From a virus: a stretch of DNA of 64,000 nt. Positions 39,693 through 49,255 of the stretch are shown here, in pieces. A program made the translations under genes and the position numbers. Every line of letters starts with the position of its first letter. Position 1 is the first letter of the stretch. The DNA lies in the IMG/VR virus record IMGVR_UViG_3300009509_000004, positions 32,001 through 96,000 of that record; one strand, given 5' to 3'. The notes beneath the pieces were generated by a model that saw only the letters and a program-made list of their open reading frames with translations, was not told the DNA's origin and did not search any database.

Positions 39693-39836
39693 GTCGATCT
39701 CCTTGGAGGGGTGGACGGCACCAGGGTGCAGGAGATCAGACCAAGAAGAAAACCCAAGAAGCCTGAGCCCTATCTGGCGGTTGGCATGGCCATAGCACCC
39801 TGGTGCCTCACCCGTTTTTCAGGGTTGCTTGCGATC

Positions 39837-40136
39837 TTACTCGTAAGCAATCCAGTGGACAAGCTCGTCAGCCACGTTGAGGTCTGCATCAACCCCAAGT
39901 CGGAAGCCATCCGACAACGGGGTGATACCCAATGTGGTGATGAAGCTGGAAGCGCCCGCCGCCAGCTGCTTGTGCCCTGCGCCGTCTGCCATCTTGTCGG
40001 TCCAAGTCAGCTTGTCGCTGCTTGCCTCGTTGATGAGCTGAACAACGCTGGGCCTGAAACCGACCGTGCGAACATCCAGGTCAGCGCCAGTGCCCAAAAC
40101 CGATCCCGTCATCACTCTTGAAACGCCAGAAGCCAT
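39837..40136 (-). CDS. Putative capsid decoration / virion protein
   Basis: GSVLGTGA...VGFRPSVV...DGFRLG...LN...WIAY pattern seen in virion proteins; GGAGG RBS. Confidence 0.6.
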   Translation of the reverse strand: MASGVSRVMTGSVLGTGADLDVRTVGFRPSVVQLINEASSDKLTWTDKMADGAGHKQLAAGASSFITTLGITPLSDGFRLGVDADLNVADELVHWIAYE

Positions 40137-40267
40137 CTTGTCACCTCCTGTGTGATTGGCCCTTGACGGTTTGCGCCCATGGCTGTGACGCATTCCTGTG
40201 CTTGCGCACTTGGGCCTGGTTCAAAAACATGTCAGATGAGAAGATAACGCCATCACCCGCCTTTTGT

Positions 40268-40618
40268 CTAGCCTTTCAGCTTCTTGTTCCAGGTCATCGC
40301 ATCCAACTCTACATTGGCGTTGAATTTCTGGTAATTGCCAAGATGACCCACCAAAAGATGGCAATTTATGCCGTATGTTTTGCGCTCACACAACACAAGC
40401 AGGTTCTCTTTGGACAGCTCCTGGTCTGGTGCGATATGGAACGGCACGATGTGGTGGACCTCCAACTTTTTGGTGCCTTCACATATCGCACAGCGCTTTG
40501 TGTCCTTGATCACCTGCTTGCGCAGCTTGGACCACTCTGACGACCTGCGAGCACCCTTTGGCGCTTTCCCCTGTATGCGGTCTTTGAGCAACTTCATGAC
40601 ATCCATGGCAACCTCCAT
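40268..40618 (-). CDS. HNH endonuclease (packaging-associated type)
   Basis: CAIC...LEVHHIVP...NLLVLC...CHLLVGH; upstream of terL. Confidence 0.85.
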   Translation of the reverse strand: MEVAMDVMKLLKDRIQGKAPKGARRSSEWSKLRKQVIKDTKRCAICEGTKKLEVHHIVPFHIAPDQELSKENLLVLCERKTYGINCHLLVGHLGNYQKFNANVELDAMTWNKKLKG

Positions 40619-40742
40619 TCTGGTAGAAAAAGGCAGCCAGTGCCAAGAGCAGAGCTGCAGCGACCATCAGCCAATCCCGATCCTTGGGAAATGGGTCTTG
40701 TTTGCGATGCCTCATGGTGCACCTCCTTTGGTGGTGCGCCCC

Positions 40743-40973
40743 TCAGCAGCAATCAGCGATGATCACATGGCATTTGGGGCACACGAGTCTCGCCCCGATA
40801 GGATAACCTGTTGTGCCACAGATTTGGCAAGTGGAAGCAGCTTCTGGTGGGATGTAAGCGTGTGCGTGTTGCAAGTGTGGAATGAATGTATCTTCAGCGC
40901 CGCCTGTGCTTTCGTCATCCATGAAGGCGAATGACAGCTGTGGGCTTTGTGCTTTCTTTTTCGATGGGGACAT
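40743..40973 (-). CDS. Small Zn-ribbon protein
   Basis: CQIC...CPKC...CC C-terminus; start uncertain. Confidence 0.45.
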   Translation of the reverse strand: MSPSKKKAQSPQLSFAFMDDESTGGAEDTFIPHLQHAHAYIPPEAASTCQICGTTGYPIGARLVCPKCHVIIADCC

Positions 40974-41217
40974 CCAGGATCACCTTGCCAAACTGGTCAT
41001 ACCTGAATGTTTTTTGGTCTGCCCTGACTCCAAATGCGTCCAGTTCATCAAGCGCCCTCTCCATCCTCATCTCATATCTGTCATATGAAGCCTGTGCCTT
41101 TTCAAGCTCCCTGTTTGCGGCACTGAGCCGCTTCTTGGCCTTCCTGAGCGCTTCCTTGTTGTTGTGGTACCGTCGCTGTACAGCGACGATCTCCTGAAGC
41201 GCCACAGTGTAGGTCAT
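40915..41217 (-). CDS. Coiled-coil hypothetical protein
   Basis: Coupled ORF with a heptad pattern. Confidence 0.55.
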   Translation of the reverse strand: MTYTVALQEIVAVQRRYHNNKEALRKAKKRLSAANRELEKAQASYDRYEMRMERALDELDAFGVRADQKTFRYDQFGKVILDVPIEKESTKPTAVIRLHG

Positions 41218-41426
41218 TTTGGTTCAGGCGTGATCGAGGCAGCCCGCATGAACGCATCGGCAACAGCCTGAGCGCTCATCTCGTTTGCCGCTAGAACCTG
41301 TTTGAACACATCTGCAAGTATAGACACAAGCTGGCCTCTCGCCGCTTCATAGACGGCAATTTTGCGCTCCAATTCTTGCACCCTATCTCGCAGGTGACGT
41401 ATCTCTGCGATCTGGCTCTCATCCAT
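41214..41426 (-). CDS. Small coiled-coil hypothetical protein
   Basis: GAGGTG RBS; overlaps the next start. Confidence 0.55.
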   Translation of the reverse strand: MDESQIAEIRHLRDRVQELERKIAVYEAARGQLVSILADVFKQVLAANEMSAQAVADAFMRAASITPEPK

Positions 41427-41435
41427 CCATTCACC

Positions 41436-41792
41436 TCAATTCAAATGGCTCTTGTCAGGCTGAGGTGGTTGCTGGGTGTGAACCACTTGCACAACTTCCT
41501 CGATGCGGATCGGCGGCATCGGGATGACGTCTGTGAAGTCATCTCCCAATTGCTCGCAAAGCGCCTCTCCAGCGACAGACAAGACTTTCATCACATTCAA
41601 AAACTGCATGACGCTGGTCTCCATGTCGCTGCTGATGCGCTCGATCTCGTTGACCGAATAGGCCAGATATGTGACGTTGGCACATGATTCGCCCTTTTCG
41701 TGGGCTATGTCATGCACCTTCCCGATGTTCTTCTTGACCACCTCGCACCATTTGCGCATGGCAAGAACTGCAGCAATCATGCCGTTGTCCAT
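41436..41792 (-). CDS. Hypothetical protein
   Basis: GGAGG RBS; 118 aa. Confidence 0.55.
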   Translation of the reverse strand: MDNGMIAAVLAMRKWCEVVKKNIGKVHDIAHEKGESCANVTYLAYSVNEIERISSDMETSVMQFLNVMKVLSVAGEALCEQLGDDFTDVIPMPPIRIEEVVQVVHTQQPPQPDKSHLN

Positions 41793-41839
41793 TTTCGCCT
41801 CCTGCCCTACTCTACCGTGGGCCGTGTTGTTCCGATGAA

Positions 41840-42331
41840 TTAGTGTGGCAGCTGTTCACGTGTCATTTCCATCTTGAACGTCCACAACTCGCCTGGCACA
41901 CTCACAGTGATCATGGGGCTATCCGGTGACTTGTCCACGCCCCAACCGCCCGCATCAAACTGCGTTTGGAAGTAGCGCAGCAGCGTCTGATAGAACAGCT
42001 CATGGATGATAACTGGGTTGATGGTGGCCACCCGCCCTGCATTGTCCTGCGACGTTCCTGTCCAATCAATGTACGTCTTGGGATTCTTGTCCAACTTCTC
42101 AGGGGCAATCCCTTCAGGAGCATACAGCCGCCCCTCGCAATTCATATCCATTGTTGCTTTGAGCACAGCATCCATGACATTGTGAAGCATTCCTGGGCCT
42201 GCGACAGCAAGCCTGAATGGCAACAACGCCTCCTGCACCTTGTCTTTGTACGCCTCCAGATCATCAGCCGTGTTGAATTGCACGCCCAAATCCTTCAGGA
42301 ATTTGATCAAGTCAAATTTCATGCTCATCAT
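41840..42331 (-). CDS. Hypothetical protein
   Basis: Coupled ORF, 163 aa. Confidence 0.6.
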   Translation of the reverse strand: MMSMKFDLIKFLKDLGVQFNTADDLEAYKDKVQEALLPFRLAVAGPGMLHNVMDAVLKATMDMNCEGRLYAPEGIAPEKLDKNPKTYIDWTGTSQDNAGRVATINPVIIHELFYQTLLRYFQTQFDAGGWGVDKSPDSPMITVSVPGELWTFKMEMTREQLPH

Positions 42332-42732
42332 TGCTCTGGTCCTCCAATCGGCGGCACAGGGTCATCAACCCCGCCAATTGCGCCGTCCTTTTCCAAGTAG
42401 CCTTCAGCGATCTCCTTTGCGCCCATCACCTGCCTTGCCTTGCTGACAGGGTATCCGCCCGTTGCTCGCTTCCACAACGCCGTCGTCACCAAAGGCATCA
42501 TCTCGTTGTCGAGACCAAGACGTTGAAGCACCTCGATGAACTGCCCCTCGCAGATCGCGTTGACTCGCTGAATGCCGTCACACCACGTGATTGTCACCGC
42601 GTCCAGCCGCTTCAAAAGCGTGTTCTGCTCTCTGAGATTCTTGTTGATCCACAACGTGTGCGCCCATAACATCGCAAAGATCAAGGCCAATACAGGCCAG
42701 CCATATCGTTTGATGCGCTGTCTCACCTTCAC
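42328..42732 (-). CDS. Membrane-anchored protein
   Basis: N-terminal TM helix followed by a helical segment. Confidence 0.55.
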   Translation of the reverse strand: MKVRQRIKRYGWPVLALIFAMLWAHTLWINKNLREQNTLLKRLDAVTITWCDGIQRVNAICEGQFIEVLQRLGLDNEMMPLVTTALWKRATGGYPVSKARQVMGAKEIAEGYLEKDGAIGGVDDPVPPIGGPEQ

Positions 42733-42866
42733 CTCTTGAAGATGCGGCGCACGACCCTACAGCCCGCTGACCACACCTGGTACGCAAGGATGCCGATGAA
42801 TACACCTGCTGCGGTGTCGATGATCATCCGCGCATCCTCCATTTCAAACCACCAAAACCAGCTCAT
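42729..42866 (-). CDS. 45-aa single-TM peptide
   Basis: Translated by hand as MSWFWWFEMEDARMIIDTAAGVFIGILAYQVWSAGCRVVRRIFKR; 4-nt start/stop overlaps on both sides. Confidence 0.45.
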   Translation of the reverse strand: MSWFWWFEMEDARMIIDTAAGVFIGILAYQVWSAGCRVVRRIFKR

Positions 42867-43243
42867 TGCTCCCTCAGCAAGCTGATGCACTCCAACAGCT
42901 GCGTACACGAGTGCTGTGGATATGGGACGTTGGTGAAAAACTTGTCTTCACCAATTTCGTCAATGAAGCTGTTCAACATCATGCACAGGACGTTGATGCC
43001 TTCTGCGATGTCGCCAACCAACTCGACATCTGATATGACATCATCCCCAAGCTCGTTGAACATCCTGCCAAGCGCCGTCCACACCCAAGCAATGATCGGC
43101 CCAACAGTCTCACCGATGGCATTTTGCCCCGCGCCAAGCTGATGGACGCATATCCATGGCTGTTTCGACTCCTTGTGCCAGTCGCGCAATTCAACAACCA
43201 TCTTTCTCAAGTCGCCTTCTTTCCCTGAATCTACATCAAGCAC
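42863..43243 (-). CDS. Hypothetical protein
   Basis: GTG start with a GGAGG RBS. Confidence 0.5.
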   Translation of the reverse strand: MLDVDSGKEGDLRKMVVELRDWHKESKQPWICVHQLGAGQNAIGETVGPIIAWVWTALGRMFNELGDDVISDVELVGDIAEGINVLCMMLNSFIDEIGEDKFFTNVPYPQHSCTQLLECISLLREQ

Positions 43244-43895
43244 GTGCTGCCTCCAATCTGTATTTGTGCGCCAACATCTCGATGAGCTTGTCAGCTGGTT
43301 GATTGTCAACATTCCATGCCAGGCGCATCACCTCCATGCCCTTTGACCAAGCATGTTGCCCCGCCTCGATCTGGACCATCAAATCCAGATAGCCTTTGCG
43401 CAGATCCTTCAGGTATTGCAGTGGCAGCCCTTCCTCTGCCGATCTGTTGCGCTTTTGAACCCGCTCGTGCGCAACCTCTGGCTCGACATCAAGGAAGATC
43501 AGCAGGCTGGGTGGGATGAGTGAGCAGACCATGATGTCATAGCACCGCTCATAGGTTTGCCACTCGACCTCTGCCATGTTCCCTGCGAGCATGTGGAGGT
43601 GGGCAAACACCCGATCACCTGGCATGCCTCTGTCAAGGATGGCCCCAGCAAAGCCGCCCGCCGCCGTTGCTTCAAATGCCGCCAACTTCTGCATGGCGTA
43701 TCGCCTATGGAGCAATTCAATCTGCATTGGGAATGCCCAGCGCTTGGGCTCCTGATAGAACATCCCCAAATATGGGTTGTCCTCAACAGGCTCCTTGATC
43801 GCCCTCAGCGCCAGCCTCGATGCCAGTTGGTCTGTTATTGTTGATTTGCCGGCACCGATGATGCCCTCAATCCAGATGATTGGCCCATAAGTCAT
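43236..43895 (-). CDS. Deoxynucleoside kinase
   Basis: IEGIIGAGKST P-loop, EPVEDNPYL..FY..PKRWAF..Q, LDR, R.RNRSAE, YLKDL. Confidence 0.9.
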   Translation of the reverse strand: MTYGPIIWIEGIIGAGKSTITDQLASRLALRAIKEPVEDNPYLGMFYQEPKRWAFPMQIELLHRRYAMQKLAAFEATAAGGFAGAILDRGMPGDRVFAHLHMLAGNMAEVEWQTYERCYDIMVCSLIPPSLLIFLDVEPEVAHERVQKRNRSAEEGLPLQYLKDLRKGYLDLMVQIEAGQHAWSKGMEVMRLAWNVDNQPADKLIEMLAHKYRLEAARA

Positions 43896-43927
43896 ACACG
43901 CCTCCCTGCACACAATTATTGTGTTAG

Positions 43928-44845
43928 TTACATGTCATCCATATCTCTGAAGCCCAACCAAATAGGGATGCGTGGAAGATCCTTGACCCCTTGCGGTTGG
44001 TACTTGTACTTCACAATCTTGCCAAGGTATTTGCTCTGGTTCTCCCAAATCTCCTTGCGCATTTCCTTGGTCATCCCCTTGGCGCTGCCGATCCTGAACT
44101 CCCTGCCTTCAAAAAGGCCATGGATGTCCTTGACGATGAATTTGCCCAGATGCCCGTTTGGAACCTTGCCCGCCTTTGCTGACGACCTCTTGGCATGACC
44201 AAGCTCGTCAACCCCAAGCTCGTTGTTGTTGGTCATCTGCTCTTCAAATCCGATGACCTCTGCCTCTGAATCCAAGAATATCTTGAGCTTGAGCATGAAT
44301 CGCTCATTCCACGTGGAACGCCCGCACTTGTATGGGCTGTCTGGGGTGCGCATGATCAGCCCCTCAAACCCCTCATCCAAGCACTGTTTCTCATATGCCC
44401 TCAGCTCTTCAACCGACTCGATGACCTTGAACGGCAGCATCTTGATGTACTGCTTTGCCTCATCGGTGACGTGGTGCTTCATGAGCTGGACAAGCGCCTT
44501 CAGCCTGTCTGTGTACGGCACACTGGTGTCGCCTCCAGGCACGTAATCAAACAGCCGCAATGTGAATTCTGGCTCGCCGTCCTGAGACATGATGGCTGAT
44601 GTGCACTTCTGAAAGCTGTCGCCCGCAAACAATTCACCATCCATGAACTGAATCATGTGCCGTTCCAGCGTCGTGCGGATGTGGTCATTTTTGATTGGCT
44701 TGAACGACCTGCTGAGCACTCGACCGTCTGGGTTGATGCACCTGATGCCATCGACCTTGGGCGAAGCAATCATTGGAAATTCCAGCGCGTTGACGTCATC
44801 GTCTTCAAGGAATCTGTCACACGCCAGCATTGGCTTCTTGATCAT
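43928..44845 (-). CDS. ATP-dependent DNA ligase
   Basis: KPMLA, KVDGIR (motif I), DGEL, FD, EGLIMR, YKCGRS...LKLK and PRIPIWLGFR. Confidence 0.95.
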   Translation of the reverse strand: MIKKPMLACDRFLEDDDVNALEFPMIASPKVDGIRCINPDGRVLSRSFKPIKNDHIRTTLERHMIQFMDGELFAGDSFQKCTSAIMSQDGEPEFTLRLFDYVPGGDTSVPYTDRLKALVQLMKHHVTDEAKQYIKMLPFKVIESVEELRAYEKQCLDEGFEGLIMRTPDSPYKCGRSTWNERFMLKLKIFLDSEAEVIGFEEQMTNNNELGVDELGHAKRSSAKAGKVPNGHLGKFIVKDIHGLFEGREFRIGSAKGMTKEMRKEIWENQSKYLGKIVKYKYQPQGVKDLPRIPIWLGFRDMDDM

Positions 44846-44967
44846 CCGCTGATTCTCCCGATGTAAACGCACAGCACGGTGTATGCGATGAAAGCGCAAG
44901 GGATGATGAGCGCCATGAGCGCCTGCCTGAGCGCATACTTCAGAAACGTCTTTGGATCAATCCACAT
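44842..44967 (-). CDS. Small membrane peptide
   Basis: MWIDPKTFLKYALRQALMALIIPCAFIAYTVLCVYIGRISG; overlaps the ligase start. Confidence 0.4.
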   Translation of the reverse strand: MWIDPKTFLKYALRQALMALIIPCAFIAYTVLCVYIGRISG

Positions 44968-45244
44968 GCTCTCTCCTGTCTTGCTCGGCACACCTTGCCG
45001 AGCAATAGCCATGCCCGCCAGGTGAGACTTTACGCCCACAACATGGGCATTTCAAATCTAATGGCTGGGCTGCCCATGGCGCGCATTTGAGGCACTTAGG
45101 CAACCAACCCACAATCTCGCCAGAGATCTGCACCACACAACGACCTCTCAACGCTGGGCATTCTGTCCATGCGTGGGCAGCCGTCCCCAGGTTGATTCGC
45201 CCATCCTTTTGGATGTGGCACGTCACATACCAACTGTGCTTCAT
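44957..45244 (-). CDS. Cys-rich Zn-binding hypothetical protein
   Basis: H...CPAL...CLKC...CPCC...YCSARC. Confidence 0.5.
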   Translation of the reverse strand: MKHSWYVTCHIQKDGRINLGTAAHAWTECPALRGRCVVQISGEIVGWLPKCLKCAPWAAQPLDLKCPCCGRKVSPGGHGYCSARCAEQDRREHVD

Positions 45245-45561
45245 GACATGTATCTCTTGCGTGCGCGTTCCATCACCTTGCCAGCCGTCTTGACCCCCTC
45301 GTCATATCCATCAAGGAAGTCTTGCGGTGCGACATATGTGGGCGCTGAATCCTGAGCGATCTTGGGCAACGTCCCACCGACTCCGCATCTGAATCCTGTG
45401 CGCCAGCATTCAAGTCTTGTGGCGTTCCAAACCTGCTCACGCGTCACCTCGCCCTTCCTTGCGTTGTGGAAGGTGGTGCGATTGCCACCCGTCGTGCGGC
45501 ATGGCTCACCTGGCTGCGCTCCACACTTGGCGCAATAGCAAAGCTCTGGTGGGTTTCTCAT
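45241..45561 (-). CDS. Phage Zn-finger protein
   Basis: CAKCGAQPGEPCRT...H..R motif; start moved to MRNPP. Confidence 0.6.
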   Translation of the reverse strand: MRNPPELCYCAKCGAQPGEPCRTTGGNRTTFHNARKGEVTREQVWNATRLECWRTGFRCGVGGTLPKIAQDSAPTYVAPQDFLDGYDEGVKTAGKVMERARKRYMS

Positions 45562-45562
45562 A

Positions 45563-46324
45563 TCAATGCCCCTTCTTGCCCGCCTCGATGGCCTTGACCC
45601 GCTCTGACAACCCGTCGCTGACCGCCTTGGCCTTGCCACGCAACGCCTCGATGCCCGCCGCCTGAACAACGCCCGTCACCAGTGCATCGATCTCTGCCTT
45701 GGCCTGAACGGTGGTTTTCTCAACCGCCTCATTGAACGATTGGACCTGGAACGGGAAGTTGGCGTGCACCTCTCGCTGTACATACTCCAACAGCTGCTTG
45801 ATTTCAGCTCTGTCGCCCTTGTTGATTGATGGTTTCTCTTCCAGCATCTTGGTCAACACGGCAATCTTCTCATCCATGACCGATGCAATCTCATCGACCT
45901 TTGCCTTGAAGTCGTCAACGACCCGTTGTGGCTCTGACTTCTCATCTTCAGGGATCTCTGGCATCCTGTTGGCGACACCAAGGTGCTTGATGGTGCAAGG
46001 CACCCCAGAGCCAACGTTCATTGTCGTCAGAAGCTCTGCGAATTGGGCAGGGCTGAACCAGACCTCGACAAGCTCCTTGCCGCCGTGGATCCAATCCCGC
46101 CCCAAGTCGTGCATGCGCTCGCCCTGACAGATCGTCAGACCGATGAAGCTGTGGTGTTCCTCGATGTTGGAGCCAAACAACTTCCCTGGGTGGCCGGTCA
46201 TCCGGTGGAAGACAGCTGTGCCATAGGCTGGGTGGGTTTCGTATGTGCGATGTGGACCTTTGCCGGTGTACCGTCTGTATGTCCTGCCGTTTTCTTCCCA
46301 TTCTTCCCAATCTTTTTTGCTCAT
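45563..46324 (-). CDS. Conserved phage-type hypothetical protein
   Basis: HPAYG...LFGS...EVWFSPAQFAELLTTMNVGSGVPCTI; start at MSKKD. Confidence 0.7.
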   Translation of the reverse strand: MSKKDWEEWEENGRTYRRYTGKGPHRTYETHPAYGTAVFHRMTGHPGKLFGSNIEEHHSFIGLTICQGERMHDLGRDWIHGGKELVEVWFSPAQFAELLTTMNVGSGVPCTIKHLGVANRMPEIPEDEKSEPQRVVDDFKAKVDEIASVMDEKIAVLTKMLEEKPSINKGDRAEIKQLLEYVQREVHANFPFQVQSFNEAVEKTTVQAKAEIDALVTGVVQAAGIEALRGKAKAVSDGLSERVKAIEAGKKGH

Positions 46325-48018
46325 GGCGTCACCTGAATCACCTTCCTGCTCGCCGGTATGTATGGCTTGTCTTCTGGTCCCTTTATGTGGGCTGACTGTC
46401 GCCACCTGAGAATCGCAACCCACTCTCCAACTTCCTTGGGCCGCATTCCTCTCTTGGCAAGCACGACCGTGGCCCAATACGGCATCCCACCTGTTGTCCA
46501 AACCTGCCACTGCGCTCCTGTGCTGGTAGGCTTGCTGAATTTGACCCGCATCTCATCTGGCACTGGAAGTGGACCGCGCATGACCCTGTGCTTGTAATGC
46601 CCCTCGACATCCCAACGGTGTGACCACTCGATCTCCTTGGGTGGCAACAACCGCTCCTTGCGCTCTGTGACCTTGGGGACAACTGGCACAATGTAATATG
46701 GTGGAGGCGTGGGCCGCTTGATCTTCCAGCCCTGAGCCTTGACTGCCTTCTCATATGCACGCCTGTGTCCAAGCCCTCGTTTCTCGATGATGATGTGCTG
46801 GTTCTGATTGATCTCTGTGATCAACTCCATGAGCAATTGCGGAGTTGGAGCCAATACGTTGGCCCACGCCCCGTCCCTGGTGCGCACCTCGTTGTATGAC
46901 ATCCCCTTCACTTCAAATGTGCGTTCATCGATGATCTTGGCAAACTCATACACACGACCGTCATGAAGCACTAGGTGGGCAATGATGTCGATCTCAGTCT
47001 GCTCGGCAAGCTCCATCTTGTCGCCATACCCATATGCCTCCCAGACATCCCTCGGCACGCTGATCCCTGGGCCATATCCGATGTAGCAAGCGTCAAATGG
47101 AAGCTCTGGCCATTCCCAAGTCTTGTGCCACTTCTTGAGTCTGTGTTCGACCACAGACACATTCTTGCCCTCGCCTTTGAAATGGATGACCATCTGCCGC
47201 GTGATGACCTTTGACCCGTCATCGTTCATGGCCAACTTTTCTTCCAACAATTCATTGGCGATGTTGAACACGTGATGTGGTTGAAACTCATACACACGTG
47301 CCATCCTGAGCAACGGCCACACTTTTCTGGCTTGCTCCACATGGAAATTGACCTGGTCATCTGATGCAAGCTGCCTCTTGACGTCCTTTTGGGCCAACTT
47401 CTGCAACGTCATTTGGCAATTGACAAACCCGTCGATGGTCATTTGGTGAACTTCCTGCGGGGTTGTCGTGCGGATCGCCTCTGGGCCTGTGAACATCTGT
47501 GTGGTGATGAATCGTTCCTTGATTGCCGGTGGATCATCCCGCAAGATGCTTTTGACCAATGAATCACGCTCAATGGTCCCTCTTTCAATGAGTGCATGAG
47601 CGATGCCCTGAAACTTTCTCCACAGCTCGTTGTATTCTTGCTGCCTCGACTCGTCATTGCTCGACTCGATGCCGTGCAATCTCTCTGCCAAGACCTTGAG
47701 CTCACCTCCCCTGGCGATGGTAGGTGGTGGCTTTGCGTATCTGGTCAGCGGGTTGCCTTCATTGAGGTATGTGAAGAACTTGGCCTCAAGCGCATCACGC
47801 CAACCATAATCAGGGATCTTGTGGCCTTGCCGCCGATATTCAGCCATGACGTCTTGAAACAGGCTTGCATATCGTTCCAACAACCCCTCATCCGTCCTGC
47901 CCTCAACATACAGCTCTTCAATTCTGATGGCCGCCTTCATCGTTTCGTTGAAACGCTGGACAGCCTCATCTGTGGCGTCATGTTTTTGTTTGCGTCTGCG
48001 TTTGCTGCGCTTGGACAT
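46321..48018 (-). CDS. Large hypothetical protein with a C-terminal HRWDVEGHY...HIKGP motif
   Basis: 565 aa, GGAGG RBS; the C-terminal motif resembles a recurrent phage hypothetical family. Confidence 0.7.
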   Translation of the reverse strand: MSKRSKRRRKQKHDATDEAVQRFNETMKAAIRIEELYVEGRTDEGLLERYASLFQDVMAEYRRQGHKIPDYGWRDALEAKFFTYLNEGNPLTRYAKPPPTIARGGELKVLAERLHGIESSNDESRQQEYNELWRKFQGIAHALIERGTIERDSLVKSILRDDPPAIKERFITTQMFTGPEAIRTTTPQEVHQMTIDGFVNCQMTLQKLAQKDVKRQLASDDQVNFHVEQARKVWPLLRMARVYEFQPHHVFNIANELLEEKLAMNDDGSKVITRQMVIHFKGEGKNVSVVEHRLKKWHKTWEWPELPFDACYIGYGPGISVPRDVWEAYGYGDKMELAEQTEIDIIAHLVLHDGRVYEFAKIIDERTFEVKGMSYNEVRTRDGAWANVLAPTPQLLMELITEINQNQHIIIEKRGLGHRRAYEKAVKAQGWKIKRPTPPPYYIVPVVPKVTERKERLLPPKEIEWSHRWDVEGHYKHRVMRGPLPVPDEMRVKFSKPTSTGAQWQVWTTGGMPYWATVVLAKRGMRPKEVGEWVAILRWRQSAHIKGPEDKPYIPASRKVIQVTP

Positions 48019-48071
48019 GTTCGCCTCCTACATACTACTATGCAGAAGCCACATGGACAGATGAATCGCGG

Positions 48072-48293
48072 TCAACTTTTTTTGGCTGTGGCTTTCCAAA
48101 GTTGGAAATTGTGAAGACACTCGCTGCAATAGGTGTATCCCTTCCTGTGCAGCAATTCCTTGTTCTCATCGGTGCCGGCATCGTGGAAGCTCACCCACAA
48201 GTCTCCACCGCCTCGCTTCTGGATCTCTGGCCAGAACACCCGACAGAACGTGAACCCGTGGATGAGTATGTGCGCGATATGGGCCATCATCAA
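48072..48293 (-). CDS. Small Cys/His protein
   Basis: H...C...CSEC; coupled to the upstream gene. Confidence 0.45.
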   Translation of the reverse strand: MMMAHIAHILIHGFTFCRVFWPEIQKRGGGDLWVSFHDAGTDENKELLHRKGYTYCSECLHNFQLWKATAKKS

Positions 48294-48826
48294 TCCTCAA
48301 GATGTTTTGGGTCAAACCTAGTTTTGCGCACTTGGTGGACATTGACTTCATCGCCCAAGAATCCCAAATTGCGCCCTCCAAAATCCAAGAATCTCGCCCT
48401 GATTTTGTACCTGCCTGCGATGAAGTCATACGCCAATGGTGTTGGCCTCCACTTGCCCTGAGACAGATGCCCTGATGGCCTTGGTTTGGCTTCGATGAAC
48501 CCCCAATGACGCATCTTCACATACTCAGGGATGTGCTTGACAAGATTTGGGTTGGCCTGAGGCATGACTATCCACCTGCCTCCATTTTTCCTGTATCTGT
48601 CGCACATCCACTTCAACGCATACAGCATCCGATCTGTGAAATATGGCTTGTACACCTTTGCCTTCCTGTCGCACATCGGGCACCAACATCCAGCATCCAC
48701 ATAATCTTTGAACTTGTCCAGCACAGCCTCAACCGACTCGCTTGGGTGGAATGGGATGCGCACATATCGGATCTTTGCTTTGAGTGGTTTCTTCTTGCGT
48801 TTGTGTTTCTTTTTAGCCATCACCAA
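48290..48826 (-). CDS. Basic putative DNA-binding protein (CxxC plus winged-helix-like)
   Basis: CPMC; KMRHWGFIE...GKWRPTPLA resembles a wHTH wing. Confidence 0.6.
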   Translation of the reverse strand: MVMAKKKHKRKKKPLKAKIRYVRIPFHPSESVEAVLDKFKDYVDAGCWCPMCDRKAKVYKPYFTDRMLYALKWMCDRYRKNGGRWIVMPQANPNLVKHIPEYVKMRHWGFIEAKPRPSGHLSQGKWRPTPLAYDFIAGRYKIRARFLDFGGRNLGFLGDEVNVHQVRKTRFDPKHLED

Positions 48827-49254
48827 TTCCCATCCACGGTTTCAGCCTCGCCAAATGTGCAAGGCCCGCACATTCCTGTGACTCGATGCGTGGGCCTCGC
48901 CCCGCAAACCATGCATTCAACCGTCCAATCTGGGGTGCTGCACATGTCGCAGATGGTGTCCATGTCACCAAGCTCTGCGGCCCACTCTTCATCCAGCACC
49001 ACGTCCTTGCCGCAATGGGCGCATTTCTTCACAGTTTTCTTGTATTCGCTAACTGTGCCCGATGCCACTTTTTGGCTCTTGACCCCAACCTTTTCGGTGG
49101 GAATCGTGTCAAAAAGTGGTGTATTTTCGGATGATTTTGGGGATTTTTTGGTGCGGCGTGGTCTGATTTTGAGATTTTTTGCGGTATTTCCTGGAATTTT
49201 CGTGGAATTTTTGCTGCTTTTCGACATCTTGGCCTCCAGGTGGGGCCAAGACAC
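48820..49254 (-). CDS. Cys-rich hypothetical protein; start uncertain
   Basis: Four CxxC motifs in the C-terminal half; the N-terminal half overlaps phased A/T tracts and may be non-coding. Confidence 0.4.
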   Translation of the reverse strand: MSWPHLEAKMSKSSKNSTKIPGNTAKNLKIRPRRTKKSPKSSENTPLFDTIPTEKVGVKSQKVASGTVSEYKKTVKKCAHCGKDVVLDEEWAAELGDMDTICDMCSTPDWTVECMVCGARPTHRVTGMCGPCTFGEAETVDGNW

Positions 49255-49255
49255 A

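Noticed and set aside
33130-40260. Shared late-promoter motif (ATCTwCTC...TTGAA) upstream of 33122 and 40136
   Set aside because: Two weakly similar instances are not enough support.
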